A stretch of 64,000 nucleotides of DNA from Minisyncoccota bacterium (GCA_035402745.1 DAONDV010000001.1:19636-83635); one strand, 5' to 3'. Counted from the stretch's first letter, positions 27,420 through 36,942 are shown. Made by a program: numbers and translations. The notes: generated from the sequence alone by a model not told the origin.

Positions 27420-27973
27420 AATTAGAAAAAAAATATAAGACAGAAATCGTTCCAAGTCTTAAAAAAGAATTTCATTTGAAAAATGAAATGGCTGTCCCAA
27501 AAATGGTAAAAGTGGTTGTTAATGCTGGAATTGGCCGTATTTTGATATCTTCCGCTCAGGGTAAAACTCGCGATGAATTATTGGGAGAAATTAAAACAGA
27601 TTTTTCTTCTATTGTCGGACAAATGCCGTTAGAAACTAAAGCTAGGAAATCAATCGCCGCTTTTAAGATTAGAGAAGGTATGACTGTTGGTTTGTCCGCT
27701 ACTTTGCGTGGAAAAAGAATGTATGATTTCTTGGATAGATTGATTAATGTTGCTTTGCCTCGCGTAAGAGATTTTCGCGGATTGAATAAGGATAGTTTTG
27801 ATGAGATGGGCAATCTTAATATTGGTATTAAAGATATGATGGCTTTTCCGGAAGTCCCTCCTACCAGCACTCGTCATATTTTCGGTTTGCAAATTACAGT
27901 TGTTGTTGATTCTAAGAATAAAGAACAGGCAGTCGCTTTGTGTCGGGCAATAGGATTCCCGCTTAAAAAATAA
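27392..27973 (+). CDS. rplE: 50S ribosomal protein L5 (start at 27392 or 27401)
   Basis: L5 consensus (LKKEF..KN.M.VPK..KVV.N.G.G). Confidence 0.95.
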   Translation: MQKMPRDYLKLEKKYKTEIVPSLKKEFHLKNEMAVPKMVKVVVNAGIGRILISSAQGKTRDELLGEIKTDFSSIVGQMPLETKARKSIAAFKIREGMTVGLSATLRGKRMYDFLDRLINVALPRVRDFRGLNKDSFDEMGNLNIGIKDMMAFPEVPPTSTRHIFGLQITVVVDSKNKEQAVALCRAIGFPLKK

Positions 27974-27991
27974 TAACTTTCTAATACAATT

Positions 27992-28177
27992 ATGGCTAAA
28001 ACATCAATGATCGCTAAAGCTAAAAGAAAACCTAAATTTTCAACTCGCGTTGTGAGGAGATGTTTTCGTTGTGGGCGCAAAGGCGGTTATATCGGAGATT
28101 TTGGAATTTGTCGTATTTGTTTTAGAGAAATGGCTAGTCGTGGCGAAATCCCAGGAATAAAGAAAGCGTCTTGGTAA
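27992..28177 (+). CDS. rpsZ: 30S ribosomal protein S14, zinc-ribbon type (type Z)
   Basis: 61 aa with CFRCGRKGG...CRICFRE. Confidence 0.95.
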   Translation: MAKTSMIAKAKRKPKFSTRVVRRCFRCGRKGGYIGDFGICRICFREMASRGEIPGIKKASW

Positions 28178-28197
28178 AAAATTAATTAAATAATATT

Positions 28198-28587
28198 ATG
28201 GATCCAATTAGTTCAATGATAACGCAAATAAGGAATGCTTTGGCGGTAAAAAAACCGTTTATTTCGATTCCTGCATCTAATTTTAAATATGACCTAGCGT
28301 CTTTATTGGCTGATTTGGGATATTTAAGAAGTGTTAGCCGCGTGGGCAGAGGAATCAAGAAATATTTGAAAATTGAATTGAAATATAACAATAATGGTGA
28401 ATCTGTCTTGAGACAAATAAAGAAAATCAGTAAACCTGGGCAAAGAATTTATTTACCCAGTCATGAAATCAAAGCAGTAAAATCTGGATTAGGTTGTTTG
28501 ATCGTTTCTACTTCCAGTGGCTTGATGACAAATAAAGAGGCGAGGAAAAAGGGTTTGGGCGGAGAAATAATCTGCGAAGTATTTTAA
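28198..28587 (+). CDS. rpsH: 30S ribosomal protein S8
   Basis: Sequence DPISSMITQIRNA...GLGGEIICEVF matches S8. Confidence 0.95.
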   Translation: MDPISSMITQIRNALAVKKPFISIPASNFKYDLASLLADLGYLRSVSRVGRGIKKYLKIELKYNNNGESVLRQIKKISKPGQRIYLPSHEIKAVKSGLGCLIVSTSSGLMTNKEARKKGLGGEIICEVF

Positions 28588-28596
28588 ATAATATTT

Positions 28597-29145
28597 ATGT
28601 CTAAAATAGGAAAACAAATTATTATATTGCCAGAAAAGATTGAAGCTAAGATTGAAGACTCTAAAATAATTATCAAAGGGCCTAAGGGAGAATTAAGCGT
28701 TGATATTATTTTTGGTTTTAAGGTTGAGATTAATGAAAAAGACATTAAAGTCATTCCGGAAAGCAATTTTAGCAAAAAGAAACCAGCTTTATGGGGTACT
28801 TTGCGCGCTTTGATAAATAATGCCGTTATCGGTGTATCTAAAGGTTTTGAGAAAAAATTAGAAATTGAAGGTATTGGTTTTAAGGCTGCTCTTGATGGCC
28901 AGAATTTGTCTTTGAATGTTGGCTTCTCTCATCCGGTAAAATTTCCTATTCCTGAAGGAATTAAAATTACTATAGAAAAAAATCTTCTTACTATTTCCGG
29001 TATAAGTAAAGATTTGGTTGGTAGAACAGCAGCCGATATTCGCGCCATTAAGAAACCAGAGCCATACAAAGGCAAGGGAATTCATTATGTAGGAGAAGTA
29101 ATCAGACGTAAGTCGGGTAAGAAAGCGGCTGGTACTACAGCTTAA
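28597..29145 (+). CDS. rplF: 50S ribosomal protein L6
   Basis: Duplicated L6 domains; KGPKGEL block. Confidence 0.95.
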   Translation: MSKIGKQIIILPEKIEAKIEDSKIIIKGPKGELSVDIIFGFKVEINEKDIKVIPESNFSKKKPALWGTLRALINNAVIGVSKGFEKKLEIEGIGFKAALDGQNLSLNVGFSHPVKFPIPEGIKITIEKNLLTISGISKDLVGRTAADIRAIKKPEPYKGKGIHYVGEVIRRKSGKKAAGTTA

Positions 29146-29166
29146 TTTTCTTTATAATACTTAAAT

Positions 29167-29526
29167 ATGGCAATTAGCATTACGAAAATAAAAAGAGAAA
29201 AAAGAATCAAAAGACATCGCCGAATAAAAGCGACTATTAGTGGTACCCGTCAAATTCCTCGTTTGTCTGTTTTTCGCTCCAATAAACATATTTACGCTCA
29301 ATTGATTAATGACAGCAAAGGAATAGTTTTGGCTTCTGCTTCGGATAAAGAAATAAAAACTAAAGGAAAGAAAGTTGATATTGCTAAATCCGTGGGAGAA
29401 TTAATTGCCAAAAAAGCTAAAGATTTGAAGATTAATAAAACCGTTTTTGATCGCGGAGGATTCCAATATCATGGTCGTGTTAAGAATTTGGCTGATGGAG
29501 CTCGCGAGGCCGGATTAAAATTTTAA
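29167..29526 (+). CDS. rplR: 50S ribosomal protein L18
   Basis: Sequence [18 protein letters not shown] matches L18. Confidence 0.95.
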   Translation: MAISITKIKREKRIKRHRRIKATISGTRQIPRLSVFRSNKHIYAQLINDSKGIVLASASDKEIKTKGKKVDIAKSVGELIAKKAKDLKINKTVFDRGGFQYHGRVKNLADGAREAGLKF

Positions 29527-29535
29527 ACAAAAAAT

Positions 29536-30042
29536 ATGCGTCCACATTTTGGTAGAAGAGAAGAAAAAATATTTGATGAGAAACTTCTTGATTTAAGAAG
29601 GGTTGTTCGTGTCACCGCTGGTGGTAAACGTTTTAGTTTCCGCGCTACTTTGGTAATTGGAGATAAAAAAGGAAGAGTGGCAGTGGGTATTGCTAAAGGT
29701 AAAGATGTTGCTCAAGCTATCGCTAAAGCAAAAGCTTCAGCGGAAAAAAGATTGATCAATGTTCCTATTATTGATGGTACTATTCCTCATGAAATTACCG
29801 CTAAATATTGCGCAGCTCAAGTTCTTTTGAAACCAGCCAAAGAAGGTCATGGATTGGTAGCTGGCGGCCCTGTGCGTATTGTTTGCGATCTCGCCGGAAT
29901 CAGGAATTTAAGTGCTAAAATTTTAGGACGTACCCCTAATAAATTATCTAATGCTCGTGCTACTTTGGAAGCTTTAAAAAATTTAAAACCAGCAACAAGA
30001 AAACAGGCAAAGGCCGAGGTTAAAGAGGTTGAAGAAAAATAA
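29536..30042 (+). CDS. rpsE: 30S ribosomal protein S5
   Basis: Sequence RVVRVTAGGKRFSFRATLVIGDKKGRVAVGIAKGKDV matches S5. Confidence 0.97.
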   Translation: MRPHFGRREEKIFDEKLLDLRRVVRVTAGGKRFSFRATLVIGDKKGRVAVGIAKGKDVAQAIAKAKASAEKRLINVPIIDGTIPHEITAKYCAAQVLLKPAKEGHGLVAGGPVRIVCDLAGIRNLSAKILGRTPNKLSNARATLEALKNLKPATRKQAKAEVKEVEEK

Positions 30043-30046
30043 AAAA

Positions 30047-30463
30047 ATGCAATTACACGATCTTAAAAAAGAATATAAGCAAAAAGATAAAAAGAGGGTA
30101 GGACGAGGAGGAAAACGAGGTACTACTTCCGGTCATGGAACAAAAGGACAGAAATCAAGGGCTGGTCATAAAATTAGGCCGGCTATTAGAGATCTTATCA
30201 TTAAGTTGCCTAAACAACGCGGTTTTAAATTTAAGAGTATTCAGACCAAGCCACAAACTGTTAATATTGGTGTGATTGATAAACATTTTAAGTCCGGAGA
30301 AATAGTATCTCCAAAAACTTTGTTGGTTAAGAAATTAATTAGCAAGGAAAAAGGAAGAATGCCAAAGGTTAAGGTTTTAGGTGGAGGTAAATCTGCCAAG
30401 AAATTTGTTTTTCAAAATTGCGTTTTTTCTAAAGATTTAAAGTATAAATTAAAAATTAAATAA
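30047..30463 (+). CDS. rplO: 50S ribosomal protein L15 (directly after S5; no L30 gene)
   Basis: Sequence MQLHDLKK...KRVGRGGKRGTTSGHGTKGQKSR matches L15. Start taken at ATG 30047; the track ORF begins upstream at 30029 overlapping rpsE. Confidence 0.93.
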   Translation: MQLHDLKKEYKQKDKKRVGRGGKRGTTSGHGTKGQKSRAGHKIRPAIRDLIIKLPKQRGFKFKSIQTKPQTVNIGVIDKHFKSGEIVSPKTLLVKKLISKEKGRMPKVKVLGGGKSAKKFVFQNCVFSKDLKYKLKIK

Positions 30464-30475
30464 ATATTTTTTGTC

Positions 30476-31756
30476 ATGAACAAAATTATTTCTAAAATCG
30501 TTCAAATATTTTCTATTCCCGATTTGAGAAAGAAGATCTTTATTGTCCTAGCGCTATTAGTAGTGTTTAGGCTTTTTGCCGCCGTTCCGGTACCGGGAAT
30601 CGATGTTTCCAGATTAAAATCCATATTCTCTTCCAATCAATTATTGGGTATTTTGAATATTTTTTCTGGCGGAACTATGGATAATCTTTCTATTGTTATG
30701 CTTGGCGTGGGACCTTATATTACCGCCAGTATTATCATGCAGCTTTTAACTATGATTTTCCCGAGGATGAAGGAAATGTACTACGAGGAAGGAGAGGCTG
30801 GCCGAATGAAATTTAATCAAATTTGCAGATATATTACTATTCCTTTGTCATTGGTACAGGCTTACGCTTATTTGAATATCTTGGTTTCGCAGAAGGCGCT
30901 TAGCGCTTTAGCCCTTCCGATAATGATTAAGGATATCATCTTAATTACTGCTGGTACGATGTTGGTCATGTGGATCGGTGAACTTATCTCCGAATATAAA
31001 ATCGGCAATGGCATATCTTTAATTATCTTTGCCGGTATCATTAGCCGTATTCCTAATACTATTCGTACGGCCATTGTATCTTATCAACCGTCTATGCTTT
31101 CTGGTTATATCGCTTTCTTGGTTGTCGCTGTAGTGATTATTGCCGGTGTGGTTATTGTTAATGAAGCAGAGAGAAAAGTGCCCGTTTCTTACGCTAAACG
31201 CGTGAGGGGTAATAAAATGTTTGGTGGCGTCTCCACTTATTTGCCGTTAAAGGTTAATCAGGCTGGCGTTATTCCAATCATTTTCGCTATTTCTATTATG
31301 CTTTTTCCGCAGTTTATTGGTCAGATTATCGCTGCTTTAAAAACTGATTGGGCTTTGAAAGTCTCCAGTTTCTTGATTAATTTGTTTAATAATCAAATAA
31401 TTTATTCTGCTTTATATTTCATTTTAGTTTTGCTTTTCACTTATTTTTACACAATGGTGACTTTTGATCCTAAAGAAATATCTCAAAATCTTCAAAAAAA
31501 TGGAGGATTTGTTCCTGGAATCAGACCGGGACAGCCAACAGCTACTTTTTTGAGTCAGATTTTGAATCGTATTACTTTAGTAGGTGCTTTATTCTTGGGT
31601 TTGATTGCGGTTTTCCCGTCTTTAATGAAACTAGTGAGTGATAATGCCGCTTTAACTATTGGAGGCACATCCGTTTTGATCGTAGTCTCCGTGGCTTTGG
31701 AAACAGCCAAACAAATTAAGTCTCAATTAGTGATGAGAGAATACGAAGGATTCTAA
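30476..31756 (+). CDS. secY: preprotein translocase subunit SecY
   Basis: 10-TM protein with conserved SecY blocks (IFAAVPVPGID, GISLIIFAGII). Confidence 0.97.
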   Translation: MNKIISKIVQIFSIPDLRKKIFIVLALLVVFRLFAAVPVPGIDVSRLKSIFSSNQLLGILNIFSGGTMDNLSIVMLGVGPYITASIIMQLLTMIFPRMKEMYYEEGEAGRMKFNQICRYITIPLSLVQAYAYLNILVSQKALSALALPIMIKDIILITAGTMLVMWIGELISEYKIGNGISLIIFAGIISRIPNTIRTAIVSYQPSMLSGYIAFLVVAVVIIAGVVIVNEAERKVPVSYAKRVRGNKMFGGVSTYLPLKVNQAGVIPIIFAISIMLFPQFIGQIIAALKTDWALKVSSFLINLFNNQIIYSALYFILVLLFTYFYTMVTFDPKEISQNLQKNGGFVPGIRPGQPTATFLSQILNRITLVGALFLGLIAVFPSLMKLVSDNAALTIGGTSVLIVVSVALETAKQIKSQLVMREYEGF

Positions 31757-31774
31757 TTATATTACTTTTTGTAA

Positions 31775-31812
31775 ATGGCCACCCATTGATTTGCGGGTGG
31801 TCATTTTTTATT
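31775..31812 (+). terminator. rho-independent terminator after secY
   Basis: ATGGCCACCCAT / ATGACCACCCGC imperfect stem followed by TTTTTTATT. Confidence 0.7.
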
Positions 31813-31869
31813 GCTTTTTTTGGTAATTTATCTAATATGATAAAAGATATTTAACAAAGGAGGAAAAAT

Positions 31870-32577
31870 ATGATAAAATCCAAGATGTTTATGACTACAC
31901 CAAGAATAGTTATTTTATATGGTTTTCCTGGCGCAGGAAAGGATACTCAAGCTGAAATCATTGAAGAAAGCTTGGATTTTCAGCAAGTTAGTTCTTCTCA
32001 ATTAATAGAAGATCAAATTTTTAATCCAGCGTTACAAAATGATCCGATTATTCAAAGAGAAAGAAAATTGTATGAAGAGGGGAAGTTGTGCACGCCTGAA
32101 TGGGTGACCGATATTATTAATAAGAAAGTTGCGGAAATGCATGCGGAAAAGAGAAGTTTGGTATTTAGTGGTTCTCCGAGAACGCTCTATGAAGCAGAAA
32201 ATGAGATTCCTTATTGGGAATCAATTTATGGAAAAGAAAATATTTTTGTTTTTTTGATTAAAATTGATGAAGCCACTTCTATTTTTCGAAATACGCATAG
32301 AAGAGTTTGCTCTGTTTGTCGTCATCCCATTGTTTATTCTGAGGAGAGTAAAAATCTTACTCTTTGTCCGATGTGTGGCGGAATATTGAAAAAAAGATTA
32401 TTGGATACGGAGGAATTAATGAAAACCAGAGTAAAAGAATATAAAGAGAGAACGGAGCCGATATTTAAGTATTTGCAAGATGGAGGATATAAAGTAGTAG
32501 GGGTTGATGGAGAAGATTCTCCTGATGGAGTCGCGCGTAATATTATTAATCATCTCAATGGTCAAATTGAAGACTGA
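31870..32577 (+). CDS. adk: adenylate kinase family protein with Cys4 zinc LID (atypical P-loop GFPGAGKDTQ)
   Basis: P-loop, SGSPRT (NMP-binding Arg), LID CSVCRHP...CPMCGG. Ribosome-binding site AAAGGAGGAAAAAT. Confidence 0.7.
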   Translation: MIKSKMFMTTPRIVILYGFPGAGKDTQAEIIEESLDFQQVSSSQLIEDQIFNPALQNDPIIQRERKLYEEGKLCTPEWVTDIINKKVAEMHAEKRSLVFSGSPRTLYEAENEIPYWESIYGKENIFVFLIKIDEATSIFRNTHRRVCSVCRHPIVYSEESKNLTLCPMCGGILKKRLLDTEELMKTRVKEYKERTEPIFKYLQDGGYKVVGVDGEDSPDGVARNIINHLNGQIED

Positions 32578-33316
32578 AGAAGAAATAAAAATAATAAAAG
32601 AGGGTGGAAAGATTCTAGGAAGAATTTTAAGAGACTTGGCGAAAAAAGTTAAGCCCGGTGTTTTCACTAAAGAATTGGATTGGTTGGCAGAGAATTCTAT
32701 CAAGCAAGCCGGAGGCAAACCCGCTTTTAAAAATTATAAACCAGATTTTGCAATTCGCGCTTATCCGGCAACTTTGTGTGCTTCCGTCAATAGCGTAGTC
32801 GTTCATGGTATACCCAATAGTCAACCTTTGCAGAACGGAGATATTTTATCTTTAGATTTGGGTATGGAGTATAAGGGATTATTTACGGACTCGGCTATTA
32901 CTGTTGGAGTTGGAGATATTTCTCAGCAAGCCAAAAAATTAATTAATGTCACTAGAAAATCTTTGGACTTAGCCATCAAACAATGCAAAGTAGGATCTAC
33001 TTTGGGTGACATCGGTTATGTTATAGAAAAATATGTAAGGAGTCAGGGAATGAAAGAAGTGAGAATGCTCACCGGTCATGGTGTTGGTTATAAGCCGCAT
33101 GAAGATCCCGATGTTTTAAATTTTGGCGATCCTGGCAGAGGAATGAAATTAAAAGAAGGATTGGTAATTGCCGTTGAGCCAATGGTAAGTCTTGGGTCAG
33201 GAGATGTGGTAGAAAGATTTGATGGAAGTTTTGTAACTAAGGAAGAATGTTTGTCGGCGCATTTTGAACATACCATCGCTATTACTAAAAGAGGACCAAT
33301 AATTTTAACAAAATAA
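32558..33316 (+). CDS. map: methionine aminopeptidase, type I
   Basis: Pita-bread fold metal ligands (FTDSAIT, HGVGY, EPMVS, EHTIAIT). Start taken at ATG 32558, overlapping the adk 3' end by 20 nt. Confidence 0.9.
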   Translation: MVKLKTEEEIKIIKEGGKILGRILRDLAKKVKPGVFTKELDWLAENSIKQAGGKPAFKNYKPDFAIRAYPATLCASVNSVVVHGIPNSQPLQNGDILSLDLGMEYKGLFTDSAITVGVGDISQQAKKLINVTRKSLDLAIKQCKVGSTLGDIGYVIEKYVRSQGMKEVRMLTGHGVGYKPHEDPDVLNFGDPGRGMKLKEGLVIAVEPMVSLGSGDVVERFDGSFVTKEECLSAHFEHTIAITKRGPIILTK

Positions 33317-33317
33317 C

Positions 33318-33740
33318 ATGAGAATTTTAGGAATTGATTTTGGTACAAAAAAAATTGGTTTAGCTTTTGCTGATGTTGATATAAAGATTGCTATGCCCGG
33401 CGACATCGTTTATTTTTCCAGTAAAAAAGAATTGATGGAAAAAATAAAAAAAATTATTCAAGAAAAAGAAATTGTTGGGATAGTTATTGGTTTACCTTTA
33501 TCATTGGATTTTCAAGAAACGGAAATTTCTCAAAAAGCGCGTGAATTTGGAAAGGAGTTAGGAGATGAAACAGGCTTGCCGATATATTTCCAGAATGAAA
33601 TTTTTTCTTCTAAGCAGGCGGAAAGCACTGACTTTGAAGCAAGGAGAAAAATTAAAAGTAGGAAGCCAATAGTAATTCGTGATGTGGATAACCATGCAGC
33701 CGCATTGATTTTAGAAAGTTATTTAGCGGATAAACAATAG
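33318..33740 (+). CDS. ruvX: Holliday-junction resolvase-like protein RuvX/YqgF
   Basis: Sequence MRILGIDFGTKKIGLAFAD matches the YqgF N-terminus; RNase H-like fold spacing. Confidence 0.85.
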   Translation: MRILGIDFGTKKIGLAFADVDIKIAMPGDIVYFSSKKELMEKIKKIIQEKEIVGIVIGLPLSLDFQETEISQKAREFGKELGDETGLPIYFQNEIFSSKQAESTDFEARRKIKSRKPIVIRDVDNHAAALILESYLADKQ

Positions 33741-33773
33741 TCCGAGCAAGTTATTGACTCGGACTATTTTTTT
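33739..33773 (+). terminator. rho-independent terminator ending the tuf-to-ruvX gene string
   Basis: AGTCCGAG / CTCGGACT stem followed by ATTTTTTTC. Confidence 0.75.
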
Positions 33774-33849
33774 CAGGTATAATTAAATCAGCAAGAGTTG
33801 TTAATCAACTTGTTAAAATATTTTGAGGATTTTATAAAAATTCTTACTT

Positions 33850-34048
33850 GTCTTTCGTTTTATTATCATTATTTTTTAGGGGCGTTTTCGAACGCTTTCC
33901 ATTCTGAGTATTTTCTCACATCTGATTGTTTGAGCAATCACTACCATTGAATGGAAAAGAGACACAGTCTCTGCCTGATAGTACAAGTACTATTTATATA
34001 AATTCCTTCAACAGTCTTCGAGCCACTCAACGTAGTGGCTCTTTTTTT
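33850..34048 (+). ncRNA. candidate structured small RNA (~200 nt) with its own promoter-like element and intrinsic terminator
   Basis: No ORF. TTGTTA-17-TATAAA promoter-like element around 33813-33841. UUCG tetraloop hairpin GCGTT-TTCG-AACGC (33882-33895). 8-bp long-range pairing TTCCATTC (33897-33904) with GAATGGAA (33949-33956). Hairpin AGAGAC-ACA-GTCTCT (33958-33972). Terminator GAGCCACT/AGTGGCTC plus T7 (34020-34048). Confidence 0.3.
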
Positions 34049-34108
34049 ACTTTATTTTATTATTTTGTTAGAATTAAAAATAGAGAGTCGTTTTTTATAA
34101 AATAATTT

Positions 34109-34573
34109 ATGTTAAAAATTAATTATATCATTATTCCGTTGATCACAATTTTTGTTTCTGTTTGTGGTAGTTGGGTTGTTGGTGGTGGAATGATTTGGTA
34201 TCGCAATTTACAGTTGCCGTCTATTGTTCCAGAGGGATATATTATTGGAATTATTTGGACTATAATTTTTATCTTATCGGCCATTTCTGCTTTATTGTTT
34301 TATAATAAGTTTCCACGAAATAATATATTCAAATGGGTTGTGTTTGTATTTTTATTGAATGCCTTTTTAAATATTTTTTGGAATTTTTTATTTTTTGGTT
34401 GGCACTTATTAGTATTGAGTTTTATAGAAATGATACTCTTAGAGTTAACGGTAGTCGCGTTAATATTTTTTCTTTGGCGGAAAGTTCTTTGGGCTGGAAT
34501 TTTATTAATTCCTTATGCTTTGTGGGTTCCTTTCGCAACTTATTTAACTTGGTCGGTGATACAACTAAATTGA
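34109..34573 (+). CDS. tspO: TspO/MBR (tryptophan-rich sensory protein / translocator protein) family membrane protein
   Basis: 5-TM, Trp-rich protein. C-terminal IPYALWVPFATYLTWSVIQLN resembles the TSPO C-terminal signature. Confidence 0.7.
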   Translation: MLKINYIIIPLITIFVSVCGSWVVGGGMIWYRNLQLPSIVPEGYIIGIIWTIIFILSAISALLFYNKFPRNNIFKWVVFVFLLNAFLNIFWNFLFFGWHLLVLSFIEMILLELTVVALIFFLWRKVLWAGILLIPYALWVPFATYLTWSVIQLN

Positions 34574-34607
34574 GTTTAGATTTTAGATAAAATATAAAAA
34601 TTTATTT

Positions 34608-35384
34608 ATGGCAAAAAGATTATTTGATGCAAGATCAAGTGAACCGTTTGAAATCAGTCGGACGAAATTAGAATTATTTTTGAATTGTCCGCGTTGTTTT
34701 TATTTGGATAGAAAATTTGGTATTGGTCGTCCTTCTTTCCCGGCTTTTACTTTGAACAGCGCCGTGGATGTTTTATTAAAAAAAGAGTTTGATATTCATC
34801 GTTCTAAAAAAGAAACTCATCCATTGATGAAAAGTTATGGCATTGATTTAATTCCGTTTCAGCATGAAAAGATGGAAGAGTGGAGGCATAATTTTACAGG
34901 TGTGCGTTATTTACATAGAGCCACTAATTTTTTGGTTTTTGGAGCCATAGATGATTTGTGGGTTGATAAAGATGGAACTCTATTCGTTGTTGATTATAAA
35001 TCTACTAGTAGTGATTACGAAGTAAATTTAGACGGTGATTATAAGGCGGCTTATAAAAGGCAGGTGGAAATTTATCAGTGGCTTTTGAGAAAAAATGGTT
35101 TTAAAGTTTCTGATATCGCATATTTTGTTTATGCTAATGGGCGTAAAGATTTGAAAGCTTTTGATGCAAAATTGGAATTTAATATCTCGGTGTTGGCTTA
35201 TAATGGCAATAGTGATTGGGTGGAGCAAGTTATTATTGATGCCAAGCATTGTTTGGAGCAGTCCAATATTCCTGAAGCGGAATATGAATGCGAATATTGT
35301 AATTATAGAAAAGCAGCCGGTTTACAAGAAAATAAAAAAGTTGTTAAAACTTTGAAAAAGACCGGAGACAATAGTTTGTTTTAA
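34608..35384 (+). CDS. PD-(D/E)xK nuclease of RecB/Cas4-like type with probable Fe-S Cys cluster (stand-alone; no cas genes nearby)
   Basis: N-terminal CPRC; nuclease motifs GAIDDL and FVVDYKS (D...D/ExK); QVEIYQW (QxxxY); C-terminal HC...YECEYC. Confidence 0.6.
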   Translation: MAKRLFDARSSEPFEISRTKLELFLNCPRCFYLDRKFGIGRPSFPAFTLNSAVDVLLKKEFDIHRSKKETHPLMKSYGIDLIPFQHEKMEEWRHNFTGVRYLHRATNFLVFGAIDDLWVDKDGTLFVVDYKSTSSDYEVNLDGDYKAAYKRQVEIYQWLLRKNGFKVSDIAYFVYANGRKDLKAFDAKLEFNISVLAYNGNSDWVEQVIIDAKHCLEQSNIPEAEYECEYCNYRKAAGLQENKKVVKTLKKTGDNSLF

Positions 35385-35387
35385 AAA

Positions 35388-36545
35388 ATGAGAACTTTAA
35401 ATTTTTTGCGACAATGGGGGAGGAAAATAACGCCTGATAATGAAAATAGTCATCTTTTGCGTATTGAAATTAACGGCGATAATTTATTGCATAATATCAA
35501 AGAGTTTAGGAGCAAATTTTCCGACAAAAAATTAGCCGCTGTTTTGAAAAGTAATGCATATGGTCATGGTTTGAAAGAAATGGCCTTATTTTTGGATAAA
35601 AACTCCGATATTTCTTTTTTTGTGGTGGATAGTTTTATGGAGGCTAAGTTATTAAGGGATATTGGAGTTAGAAAAGAATTGATTATTCTGGGCCATGTTT
35701 TAGAGCCTCTTTTCGGGCAATTGAAAAGAATGAAAAATAAGATTTTATCCATTAATTCCTTGAAACAAGCGGAGATTTTTAGTCAAAAAATCGATTTTCC
35801 CTTGAGGGTCCATATTAAAATTGATACTGGAATGCATCGACACGGTGTTGCCTTGAACGAATTAAAGAAAACTATTAATGTGTTGCAAAGTAATCAAAAT
35901 ATTAAGATTGAGGGGCTTTTAACGCATTTAGCCGATGCTGATAATGTAAATAGTGATGATTTTACTTTGAAACAATTAGAGGTTTGGCAGGAGGCATTAA
36001 AGATCTATAAAAGCTATTTTCAGGATGGGGTATTTCATTTTTCTGCCACAACCGGAACTAGTTATTTAGATAAAGCAGAAAGTAATTTAATAAGAATGGG
36101 AGCTGCTTTATATGGTTTTGATGTTACTAAGGATAAAAAATTAAATTTAAAACCAATTCTTTCCTGGATGGCTAAAATCGTTAATCTCAAGGAATTAAAA
36201 AGGGGAGAATCAATCAGTTATAATTGTATTTTTAAAGCTGATCATGATATGAAGGTGGCTTTGGTACCCTGCGGATATTTCGAAGGAGTTCCTAAAAATA
36301 GCAGTAATAAAGGTTATATGTATTTTAAAAATGAGCCCTTGAGAATTTTAGGTAAGGTGTGCATGAATTTAACCGCTTTGGATGTTTCAAACGTTAATGT
36401 TGATTTAGAAGATGAAGTTGAGGTATTTTCTAACAATCCCCAACGCTTAAATTCCGTAGAAAATTATGCTAAAATATGTGAAACAAGCATTCATGATATT
36501 TTGGCGCGGTTAGCGCCCACAATAAAAAGAGTCGTTAAACATTAA
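35388..36545 (+). CDS. alr: alanine racemase
   Basis: PLP-lysine motif AVLKSNAYGHG; full two-domain length (385 aa). Confidence 0.85.
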   Translation: MRTLNFLRQWGRKITPDNENSHLLRIEINGDNLLHNIKEFRSKFSDKKLAAVLKSNAYGHGLKEMALFLDKNSDISFFVVDSFMEAKLLRDIGVRKELIILGHVLEPLFGQLKRMKNKILSINSLKQAEIFSQKIDFPLRVHIKIDTGMHRHGVALNELKKTINVLQSNQNIKIEGLLTHLADADNVNSDDFTLKQLEVWQEALKIYKSYFQDGVFHFSATTGTSYLDKAESNLIRMGAALYGFDVTKDKKLNLKPILSWMAKIVNLKELKRGESISYNCIFKADHDMKVALVPCGYFEGVPKNSSNKGYMYFKNEPLRILGKVCMNLTALDVSNVNVDLEDEVEVFSNNPQRLNSVENYAKICETSIHDILARLAPTIKRVVKH

Positions 36546-36660
36546 AACATACCCGGTATAATAATTTTTGATCGATTATTTCTATGGGTGTGGATTAAAA
36601 GGTCTAGTTTAATTATAAAAAAGAATTTTTAAACATATTTTATAAATTCTTTTACTGGGT

Positions 36661-36942
36661 ATGAGTAAAACAAATTTTACGGCTGAAGAGGCCAAGCAAA
36701 TCGGCGATACTTTGGGTGTCGATTGGAAATATTTCGACGTAGAGCAGTTTCGTATGGGCTTAGACGTCGAATTGGAACACGGTACAAAAAATTCCAAAAC
36801 CAATGTCTCTAATGACGATTCCATTACTACTGGAAAAATCGCCTTGGTTCATCTTTTGGAATTTCCTGATTATTATACTCGTCTTAATAAATTAGAGGTT
36901 GAAGCCGAAGAATTTTGGGCTAAACAAGGTTATGTTGGTTAA
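36661..36942 (+). CDS. conserved hypothetical small protein (93 aa)
   Basis: ORF with a GLDVELEHG block; function unknown. Confidence 0.5.
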   Translation: MSKTNFTAEEAKQIGDTLGVDWKYFDVEQFRMGLDVELEHGTKNSKTNVSNDDSITTGKIALVHLLEFPDYYTRLNKLEVEAEEFWAKQGYVG

